Source of the DNA: Torpedo marmorata
Taxonomy: Eukaryota
DNA: 64,000 nt
NCBI GenBank assembly: GCA_977017645.1
Contig: OZ360234.1
Location: 28,148,001-28,212,000 of the forward strand
Reading direction: 5' to 3'
Both the position numbers and the translations under genes were made by a program. The stretch's first letter is position 1, and every line of letters starts with the position of its first letter. Positions 23,962-34,289 of the stretch are shown piece after piece. The notes under the pieces are model-generated. The model made no database searches and was not told the origin of the DNA. It saw nothing but the letters and a program-made list of their open reading frames with translations.

Positions 23962-26900
23962 TACTTGATAAATGGTTGGATTTGAAGACATCTTCAGTGA
24001 ATTGTATCACCGCAACCCAGGAGTTCATCTTTTGTGGCTGTTCCAATGGAACTCTGAAATTATTTAACCCTGGAAGCCTCCACTTTATTACTAGTCTGCC
24101 CAAACCGCACTATCTGGGAGTGAATGTGGCAGCAGGAATTGAACCAAGCCGTTTATTTGCTAAGAAGTCAGATGCCATGTATCCTGACATTATCGGTGTG
24201 GCCTTTGACCCTTCCAATCGGTGGTTGTCATGCGTGTACTATGATCATAGTCTCTACGAATGGGATACAAAAGACATCAAGGAGATTGGGAAAGTTTACT
24301 CTGCATTGTATCATAGTTCCAGTGTGTGGAGTGGAGAGGTTTATCCAGAGTTGGAAGATAACAACCGAGCTTGTCTGCCGCCAGCATCTTTTCTAACCTG
24401 CTCATCGGACAATACTATACGATTGTGGGATTCTGGTGGTGATTCTGAATTTCAATTCACTTCGTTCCGTAGGAATATTTATAGCATGGACCTGATTAAA
24501 ATTGTGTATGTTGATGACAATATTCAGTACCTTCAAGACACAACTAACAATCCTGACTGAACTGAAAATGGAGGCACTTCTGAGACAAAAATCAGGAATT
24601 CGGGTCATAACAGCCAGCCCTGATGGGCAACATCTAGCCTCAGGGGATAGAATGGGAACCCTGAGAATTTTTGATCTGCAGTTTTTCGATGAACTCATGA
24701 AAGTTTATGCTCATGATTCTGAAATTCTGTGTCTTGAGTACTCCAAACCTGAAACTGGAATGAAGTTGTTGGCAACAGCAAGTAGAGACGTCTAATTCAT
24801 ATTTTAAACGTGGACAAACAGTATAGCCTGGCACAGACATTACCATGACCATTCCTCCTCGATTACTGCTTTTAAAAAATTGTCAAACACAACTTTGAAG
24901 CTCCAGCTAATGAATTTCTGAATGAGAAATTTGACAATTCTTTGAAAGGTCTTCAACAAAATGTGTACGTTGAGAACAAAATGAGAACAACTTCCTGAAT
25001 CCTCGTTTAAGTATTTCTGCTCAATTTCTGTCTCGCTGCCAGAAAAGTAGTGGGAAAGCAGCAGCTTTTCCCCTCAATTTCCAACAGCAGGGAAAATGTT
25101 TGCAAGAAGAAGCTCTCAAGTTGACGCAGTTAAGTGCTGAAGAAAAACCTTCTGTACAAGTTGATGGATTAGAGTTAGAGTCGTCTTTCAGTGGGACAGA
25201 AATTCACCTAGGTGGAAAGAGGAATAGTGCTGAGAGAGAAAAATCGGTGGAAACGAGCAGGATGCAGAATCAATGAGTGGAAGTGCTGAGACGCTCGTTG
25301 CATCGCCTGGGGTGAAAGACACAACAAATAATAGAAGTCAAATGGGTGGAAGATCGGCCTCTGTCAAGGACCTGGTTCAAGCAGTATCTCAGTCGTGCAA
25401 ATATGACATCCAAGTGAATGAGGAGACTGCAGCGAGACTGTCCCCGCATGGTAAAACAACTTTGTTTGCTAATTCCCTTGCATCAAAGAACAAATCTGGC
25501 TGAGTCAGGTCCTACATGGATCCAACTACCAGTTTCAGGGCCAAGATGTCCCGTAGTGCAACAATGGGAGAGAACCTGAATCTGAAAACCTTGGGACAGT
25601 CAAATGGTACGAGTTTGCCCAATTCCAAAGCATCATCTACTACAAACTTGACAACAGAGACAGTGATGGGATCCATTCAAAGTGAAGTTGGTACAATTGA
25701 AGACTTTAAAGAAAAAATTTGCCAAAACAAACATTACAAAGTGGTATGTTATCTTATGGGAACCACCAAGCTGGACCTTTCTAAAATTCATACAGACAGA
25801 TTGTTGATGCCTTCTCCAATAGCCAATGGTGTTATAGTTTCAATGCTTAAACAAAAGCTGAGAGCTGCTCAAGATTCCACGCGGTCATCATCCTGTGCAG
25901 TTGCATGCACACAACCAGTGTATTTCGCTAAAAAGGATCAAATTCTCTGTGACTTTGAGGAAAATGAGAGCAATCCAAATGTGAATTCATTGGAAAATTT
26001 AAAGAGAGAGCGAAAATTCTGAGCAGTGCAACCGTTCAGAAGATGCAATGGAGCACTCTTTGGATGGATGCAAGTTCACCATTGCTTCACAGCTCAGCTG
26101 TTTCAGTCCCAACAGGGAAAAAAATGAGTGATAACTTCACGACTAATCCTAGAAGGAAACAGTTTCAAAGTGGAAATTCCTAAATCACCTGGGGAAACTC
26201 GGGAGTTTGAAGAAAAGCCTACAGGTGAAGCAGATCTTGCAGTCAGTATCCAGGACTGTGAATGTATTGAAACAGAACTTTGAAGAAGGCCTTACAACTG
26301 CAGCAAGGTGACATCCAGGGAAGCTGTGCCAGAAGTGAAGTCCCAGGTGACAACTATCCTATGTGATGCATTTTCCTCTGCGAGGAATCACTTGAACTCT
26401 GTAGCATGTTTCCAGTTTCAGAAGCTACGGTAAGCACATTGCTTTTCCCTTCAGAATCTCTGGAGAATGACAAGGCGACAGCTCTGCTTGAGCACTATTC
26501 GGAACTGTTGATAAAAATAATAGCGCAGAAATTATCATTACAGAATTTTTTTTTAAATCCTCTGAACCAGAGAAGGATATTTTAAAAAGGCTTGGTCCTT
26601 TGGTACAGTACTCCAGTAAAAGAAACACAATTCCTCATCAAATCAAAGGTTGCAGTTGTGTTTTTAAGATGGAAAATGTCTCCAGATTTCCTTGTGACTT
26701 GTTGCATTAATTCAAAGTTTCTGTATTAGAGATAAGTAGGAAATGTGTTTTGTATTTTTAACTAATTTTTAACTTCACCACAATCCTTGACAACTCACTC
26801 AAAAATAAAGTGAAAATTGCACTTGCCTGTACTGAGAAATAGGACTTCCAAAAGTAATTTGAGCAACATTTTAAAGTAACTTGTTAATGAAAAAGTTAAC

Positions 26901-27772
26901 TTTGGATTTGGGTTTTATTTTTGGTTTTTTTGGAGCATTGGCAGCTTTCACAGAAAGCTAACAGTATTAACTTGTCAAGGAATCACAAACCTGCAAAATC
27001 CAGAAAAATGCAGTGAGCTTTATTATGGTCAGAGATCAAAATGTCTCCAACTGCAATCTACTTCGACAGTTCACTCCATTTTGTGGTTCAGTTATCCAAT
27101 AAGTCAAATTACTGTGTTTATTCAATTTAACTATTTTGTTTTGAGGGAAGAAAAATTCCAAATTTTGAATTTGGGTGAGTAAATCAAAATATTAAGAGCC
27201 ATATCTTCAAATGCAAAATGTATTTCCTGGGTTAACTGCTGGTATCTGACCAGTTTTAATAACAGTATTTTGGTGCATCAACATTAATTTGCATGGTGGT
27301 TACCTGGATTATTTCAGGGCTTGCGCATTTCAATTATGTCTCTTGAACCAGGAGATTTTTAAAAATCCCTTTTCAAGGAATTGTAGTCTCAAACTGGTTT
27401 CTTGCATTCTTGTTGCTTTACAAAAATATTTTCATGCAAGCATTTTTTCAGAGCAGGTTTGAAATTTTAAAAAGCAGCAAAATATGTGTAATTTGTCAAA
27501 ATTGTACAAAAAGCTTCAAAGGCTATAGCCTTTTTTGGAAAATTCTTAAAGACAGGTTTTTTTTAATTTCTGTGCTCCTGTAAATACCTGTATAAAGTTA
27601 GTTTACAATGAAATAATGTATTACAATAAGGAAATCTTGTTTTGGAATTGCATTATTTTAGAATGTCTTTTTGTATGTTATTGATGGGGTTTTTTGCCAA
27701 GTTATGCGGATTTCTTTCTTGAGTATCTTTTGGAAATAAATACCGTTTAATGGTTGCATTTGGAAAAAAAAA

Positions 27773-28930
27773 AATTATAGCAACTACTATCCATAAAATC
27801 CGCTTGGAGGCTAGGTGGGGCTCTTGTTTGTGACGCGTTTCGATTGATACACCACGAAGTCCAGATGAGTTTAAATGGTTTATTTATTAACACACAAAAG
27901 ACTTGTAGCGATCTATAATAACGTAACGTTACAACAGTCGCTATTATTGGAACGTTACGTTATTAAGGATCGCTACAAGTCTTTTATGTGTTAATAAATA
28001 AATCATTTAAACTCATCTGGACTTCGTGGCGAATCAATCGAAACGCGTCACAAACACTAGCGGATTAACTACCACCCGGGCCCTAGGCTGAGCTTTAGAA
28101 AGGCCCCCCCTGACCTTGCCCCGCCATGGGCCCGGGCTACTCCCGGCACCCCTCACTCCCCGCCACGGGCCTGGCTACCCCCGCCGCACCTTGCTCCCCG
28201 CCGTGACCCGGGCCACCCCTCGCTCCCCGCCACGGGCCTGGCCACCCCCGCTGCCTCTCGCTCCCCAGCGAGGGCCTGGCCACCCCCGCCGCCCCTCGCT
28301 CCCCGCCTCAGCCCTGGCCGCCCCCACCGACCCTCGCTCCCCGCCACGGGCCTGGCCACCCCTCGCTCCCCACCACGGCCCAGGCCACCCCCGCCCCCCA
28401 GCAAGAGCCTGGCCACCCGGGCGCCACTCGCTACTGGCCTCACATTAGCAGTACCGGCCACCAGTCAGACACCACCAGCCGCGCACCCCTCCCGTTGTTC
28501 ACTTACTACCACAGGTGACAGGCTGGACACCAGTATTTCGGAGCTCCCTCCTTACACACGCTGCAAATCTTCATGCCGCCACTGCCAGCTCCCAGAAACC
28601 ACCACGCGCGTCACCCCGGCAACGGCGCGGCGCCGACTCTGGCCCACAGTCACTGGCTTCACCCGCGCAGTAAGCGTGAAACAATAAACCAAGACCAGGC
28701 TACCCTTTACTTCATATAGATGCTGCGTGACCTGCTCCAGCACATTTGTGTATTGCACTACAATCACAGCGTCTGCAGTCATGGACATGGTAAACACAAT
28801 CTCGCGGGGAGTCGTGGCTCGGGCCCCTAGGCTTCAGCCTACTCAGCCTAATGGTTAATCCGTCACTGGTCACAAACAAGAGCCCCACCTAGCCTCCAAG
28901 CGGCTTTTATGGATAGTAGTCGCTGCAATT
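27773..28930. repeat. ~340-bp palindromic (fold-back) element split by a hAT insertion
   Basis: 27773-27834 pairs with 28869-28930 and 27826-27930 pairs with 27951-28055. After removing 28055-28876 the arms are contiguous (~160 bp each). Confidence 0.9.
28055..28868. mobile_element. non-autonomous hAT element with GC-rich internal tandem repeats
   Basis: TIRs cactagcggattaac / gttaatccgtcactg. Perfect 8-bp TSD gtcacaaa (28047-28054, 28869-28876). Repeats like ggccacccctcgctccccgccacgggcct at 28110-28430. Confidence 0.88.
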
Positions 28931-28949
28931 AGACAACATAAAATATGCG

Positions 28950-29115
28950 AGCCTCACTCACCCTCTTCGTCTCGATCGATAAAGAATTCGCGCCGCAAAC
29001 TCACGCGCATGTGCCAACTGTTCCCAGTACGCAAACTCGCCGCGCATGCGCACAGGAAGCAAAATGGCATGCAGCCTACAGATCCCGGGACGCCGCCTAA
29101 CAAAGGTAAGTACGC
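28950..29115. promoter_or_regulatory. CpG-rich bidirectional-promoter-like island
   Basis: NRF1-type GCGCATGCGC (29042-29051) and GCGCATGTGC (29005-29014), ETS-like caggaag (29053), YY1-like aaaatggc (29061). Outward-facing consensus donors AAG|gtaagt (+, 29105) and AGG|gtgagt (-, 28962). Confidence 0.5.
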
Positions 29116-29189
29116 ACCTTTGGCCCCTATAGTGATTGTGCACAATTCTCTCGCTAAGAGCCAAGCCTCAGCTCAATGTTCTGGGAGGC

Positions 29190-29345
29190 TTACCGCGAGT
29201 GAGCACAATGCAGCAGTTCAAGTAGATAATCAAAGAGTGTTGAGCTGCCCGCTGTCTGGTTACTTTCGCAGAAGGCTAGCACAGCACAGAGGAGGTCTCC
29301 CACTGTCCATTCCTCCTCTTCTGCTAGTGTCAACAGAGTGGGAAA
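29190..29345 (-). CDS. akap4: AKAP4/AKAP3-like protein, terminal exon: FPTLLTLAEEEEWTVGDLLCAVLAFCESNQTAGSSTLFDYLLELLHCAHSR*
   Basis: Acceptor tgttctttgttccag, phase 0, TAA at 29190-29192. W.VGDLL.AVL and LFD.LLE match the AKAP110-family C-terminus. Confidence 0.88.
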   Translation of the reverse strand, partial: FPTLLTLAEEEEWTVGDLLCAVLAFCESNQTAGSSTLFDYLLELLHCAHSR

Positions 29346-30506
29346 CTGGAACAAAGAACAAAATTACTGGCATCAGTTTATGGATAAATTTTCCAAACAG
29401 ATACTTCAGGCAATTTAGTTGCAGTGCCAGTGATCACTCATCAAGCAGCATTTGTTGATTAAAACATTATGTACATTTAAAAATGTTAGTATCTGAAAGC
29501 TTTATGGATGTAATGGCAAACTAAATACAGTAATAGAATTCACTGTGATGACAGGTTCTTTTTTTGCCATGCTGCTGTGGGAGAAGTATTGACACAGTAA
29601 TATCGCAGCAAATCTACCAACCGTTCAAGTAAATACAGATACAGTACACTTGTTTCTGCCATGTGACATGGTCTCAAAGAGGATCGGGATGAATCAATTT
29701 AATAACCTTTCATCAATGTTGGTTTGTTCTTTTTATTTCATATTTCAGCATCTGCAACATTTTGAATTTGGATTTTTCTTGAATGAATTCTTTTTAAACT
29801 TTGCTCAATCATTTGGTTAGATTCAGGTAATTCATTCACACATACTCATAACACTGGACAACAAATGTTTTCAAAAGGTTTGCTTCTTGAGAAGAAATTG
29901 GGAATTATGATAGACAACTTCAAGCAGAACACAAAGATAATTTCACATTTGCTGTATCACGAAGGAAGTTGGAGAAACATTAAATGAACTTTTATTGAAT
30001 TTAGCATGTTTAATCGCTTAAAGATGCTGACATATTGCGCAAGTTCAACTGACCTAAAATGTTTTGCCGCTGATTTTCATTTGTACCTCTCGTGTCAGTG
30101 TCCAACAATAGTCGGCCATCAATGATGGATTCCAGTTTCCCTGATACTGCTTTTCCAAGGTCGCAATGTCCTGGTGAAACCTTTCACCATGTTCGTCACT
30201 GCACCAAGATCAGCAGGGAAATCCAAGTGCGAATGCAGAAAATGAGTTTTCAATGATAAGACAGCTTGCTTTGTGGGCAATATACTAGCAGACTTAAAAT
30301 ATGTCAGGAAATCACAAAAATAGGTTATATCTAAAAAACGAAAAGGAATTTTTTTTTTTTTTTTTTTTTTAAAGTTGATTTTCATGAATCAGCAACCCAA
30401 AATCCATAAAATACACCCAAAAGCTTTCAGGAAGCAATATCTTCATTGTCCAATGTAATTAGGTCTTGGAGAATGAATTTTAATCACACCAGTTTGCAGA
30501 ACTCAC

Positions 30507-33500
30507 CTGTACAAAGTCCTCGCGTGAATTCTCTATACGAATCTTGGAGACGTTAAGCTGAGAAGCTGTTGCCCACTGTAGCATTGCTTGCACCTGGACA
30601 TCAATACAAGTGGACACAGAGTTAAAGTTCACCAACAAAAGTTCAATTGCCTTTGTAGCCAAGAAGCTGTAGTGCTCCGTTTCCTCAGAGCCTTCCTGTT
30701 CTTTACTATATTGCATGAAAGAAACGCTGGATTGATCTGCATTTTCCTGTGGTTGTTTTATCAATGAATCACCTGTATATTCAATTACATTGAGTCCTTG
30801 AAATGTAGTGTTCAGAATCAAGGGAGCATGCTCTCCTTTGTGCTTGAAAGGTTCTTCTATCTGTATATTATGTTGGATCTCTAGACTATCACCTCCTGAG
30901 CTGTTGGAAACTGAAGGAGCATTTCTGTACATTTCATCAATTTTTAGAGAATGTGTTGGTACCTCTAATCCAGAACTGCAATGCCTACAAACGTCAGCCA
31001 AGGAAGAATTCAGTATCTTTTCTGCTAAACTTTCAGCATACGTTTTGTTTTGTGGTTTGTGGTCTGGATCCTTGGTTATCACCTTTGTCAATTCCAAGAC
31101 AGAAGATGTTTCATTATAATTCATAAGAAATTCATCCAGATCTTGATGTTGACATGACCTTTCCTTTTGTTCAGACAAGCTTTGTTCTGCGACTACTTGA
31201 ACAAAACCATTCAGATTCTCTCCAGCGAGTTCATCATTCTCCACTTTTACAAATGGCTGCTTATGTGGGCATGCGCTGTTCAAAAAACTTGCATAGCTGT
31301 CATTCTCATCATTTGTTCCTTGAGGGCTTGCAATGTTTCTGATGCCAATTCCACAAGTTAATCCTGGAGTTCCTGCCATTTGCCCCTTCCGAGTAAGCTC
31401 AGGATCATCGTCAAGAGCCACTGCCTGGTCGCTTGCCTCAGATTTTATAGACTCTAATGATGGTTTGATAAACTGCTGCTCTTCCTCGTCACCAGTGATA
31501 AAAGGCTTCTCCTCAACTCCCCTGGCTGCAGGATACATATTCTGAAGTAGTTCTGCTGCAGGAACAGGGTCTTCATCATCCTGAGATAAGCTCACAGCTC
31601 TGGCATACCTGGCTGGCAGTAACTGATACCGAATTTTATATAGGTGGAGGGTGGGCTGTATAACTCTTTTTACAAGGTCCTCAGACATGGAATTCAGCTG
31701 CTTGATGTAACATGAAGGCCTACAATCTTCATTACCATTTCCTTCTTTTTCCACATTGTGTTCTCCATAATCAAGTAATTCAATTTGATTCATAAAATTG
31801 ATGACCAAACTGACGATTTCCTGTGTTAAAGTGTCTGTATATTCCCACAATTTGCTTTCCATTATGCATGGAAAACTGGCTCGGTGTTCATCCCCATTGT
31901 GTTTGCTTGCAATCCTCTCTGTGTCCAGGATGAGTACATCAGAAGGACATGGGTTCAATTTTTCCAAGGTCTTGCTGTTCAGCTGGCATTCATTGCTAAA
32001 CGCATCACCATGGCACTTCTGCTCGTTATAGTCTTTTGGATCAATGATCTCTCTCGCAATGCCACTAATCATTTGTGCAGATGAAAAGACAATGTCAGAT
32101 ACTAAATCGCTGAAGTAGTCTTGCACCTTGTTCTCATTTGTCCACAAACTCTCTGTTTCATCACTTTCTGAAGCTGGAAAGTCCTGCAGCACATTTTGCA
32201 GCTTCTCCTCCTCCGGCACCTCAGAAGTCTCTGCACAGTCTTTTCTGCAACACTCTTGAGACAGTGATCGTATCAGCTTTCTCATAAATTCAGCATTTTC
32301 CTCTCTTCTTTCTCTAGGCAGGCAAAAATTGAGAGTTTCCTTTGGGGTTGGTGGAGGGGGTGAAGGAAGGAATTCTTTTGCCAATCCTCCCTTGAGCTTC
32401 CTAGTAAAACTCCTCCGACTGCCTGTCAGCTGTGGCTTCAGTGGAGTTGGTGGTGGTGCATCAGGGTACTCCAATGACCCCTTCTTGGTTAGCCCAAGCT
32501 TATCATACACAAGTTTCTCATAGTCCTGATCATCAGCCCTCTCTTTGTCTGATGCTGATAAATGCCTTTCCCTATCTGAAGACAAATCATCAAAAGACTG
32601 TGGTGTTGCTTTAGTTAAACATTCAACCTGTTCAGTGACCATTACCGGGCTCACTCCCATACACAATGACCTTAGTGTGGTTCTTGCAAGATAATCAAGT
32701 TCACATGTACCAATGTCAGGTTGAGGCAATTGCATCTCTGAAAGGTCTGGTTTAGGCGGTTCAAAGTGAGCAAGGTCTGAAATCTTATTTGTCTCTTCAA
32801 GTGGCTCCGAGTTGCTACTCCTCTTCCTTTCCAAGCTTGCTCTTTTGGTGCTGTCAGGAATAACTTCCTGGATCAATGTTAGTGCATAATTTTCCACGAC
32901 AGGAAGCATTATAGCAAATGGTTCTTCTGAAGAGCTCACATTAATTATCCTTGAATCATAGTCAGCAAGAGGGTTTTCCCTTTCAATTCCAATCTCTTGA
33001 AAAGATTTCTGAATAATATTGGAAGCTTCCTTGCTTGCAAGGTCAGCAATTCCGCTCACACATTTCAATTCTTCAGGATTCCTCTCCGATTCTGTTGATT
33101 TGTTTGATATTAAATAATGTGATGATTTAAGACACTCTTTAACACCTGTAAAAGTTTGGTTCAAATGCAAGTCTGGGTCAGTAGCATGAGAAAGCATCTC
33201 TGATGAATATATGCCTTCACTGGATGCCCATCCCTTTGGCGGTTTCATGTGTAGAAGAATAGGTTCAGTCCCCTGAAGAACACTGAACTTGTTCACCGAA
33301 CTAAGTATCTCATTTGACATCCACTCGGCAAAAGTGGATAGTTTTTCCAAGAATTGTGATCCAGTGGGGGGCGGAAGATGGCACGTGATTCCCACATCCA
33401 CATTTGTTGCCACACATGATGATTGAATGCCCTCTGGAGGATGACCTGCTGCAGATTGTACAAACGTAGAGATACTTTGAACTGAATTCTGATGACACAT

Positions 33501-33782
33501 CTGCTCTGATTTCAGAAGGTGTCGAACTTCGCGAAGATAAGTTTCAATATCTGGAGTGGACAGGTTTATTCCTTGATCTGTAATGGCATCAGGAGGAGAC
33601 ACATCAGCAGTGGAAATGTGCTCAGGTTTCTCTGCACTCTGAATGCTGACATCAGGAAAACCTCTTGTAATGGCATGGATTGCATGCTGGAATCCCAAAG
33701 AATATTTCCGGAGGCTCGAGAACACAGAGTTACTGCTGTAGTTGGGGGAGGGTGAGAGACACATCACTCCTTCCGATGAACT
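30507..33782 (-). CDS. akap4: AKAP4/AKAP3-like protein, large exon (3276 bp, 1092 codons)
   Basis: Uninterrupted ORF, acceptor gaaaacag, donor CAG|gtgagt, phase 0 at both ends. KYSLGFQHAI resembles AKAP4 KYALGFQHAL; QWATASQLNV resembles AKAP4 QWIAASQFNV; also carries an AKAP11-type PPTP..RKLKGGLAKEF..PPPTP..EFMRKLIRSLS block. Confidence 0.92.
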
Positions 33783-34289
33783 CTGTTTTCAAAACATAAA
33801 ACAGGAACCAGTTTAACGAACAAAAACAAAATACATCTTGATCAAACTTACAACGGTAATATATTCAGTGAATTAGAAATCTCCTTGCTGATGCTCCCGT
33901 AACTGCTCTGCATATTCAGCAGAAACCCAGTTTATATGTGCAGACGTGTTGGGGAAGTCTTTTAATGATCATTGGCCCTAATGTTGGGTTAAAAGTAATG
34001 GCGAAAGTGCTAGGTTCACTTTTATTTGACGTGCAAATTACACAGCAACTTCGAGTCTGCTGTTGTGCAGCAAAAATGTGGACATCCCAAATTTGCTGTT
34101 AAAGTTGCACCAAACTATTCCTTGCCTGTAAATGCAGAAGGAAATACCATCAAAAACTGTGCTGTATTAACCCACATTGATCATCAACATGTCAGAGAAT
34201 TTCAAGGTTAGTGCAATGTGAGCGAGTTTAAAATCACTGTGAAAAATTGTAAAAACTACCAAACAAATTAGCTGGTCATTAAAAAAAAA

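Larger units (their letters stand above)
20720..27774 (+). pseudogene. wdr62: WDR62 processed pseudogene (5'-truncated, internally deleted, interrupted by TEs)
   Basis: Intronless WD40 sequence with frameshifts and stops: [22 protein letters not shown]|[33 protein letters not shown], then NPRLSISAQFLS and C-terminal ALLEHYSELL, which favour WDR62 over MAPKBP1. AATAAA at 27735-27740 and A11 at 27764-27774. Confidence 0.88.

Noticed and set aside
23976-26022. Functional WDR62/MAPKBP1 gene or retrogene
   Set aside because: Multiple frameshifts and stops, deletions and TE insertions; treated as a pseudogene.
28116-28461. Pro/Arg/Gly-rich ORFs
   Set aside because: Translations of GC-rich tandem repeats inside the hAT element.
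30480-33767. Single-exon 1095-aa gene, or an AKAP11 call
   Set aside because: Bounded by splice sites with further exons on both sides. Terminal motifs favour AKAP4/AKAP3, although AKAP11 is not formally excluded.
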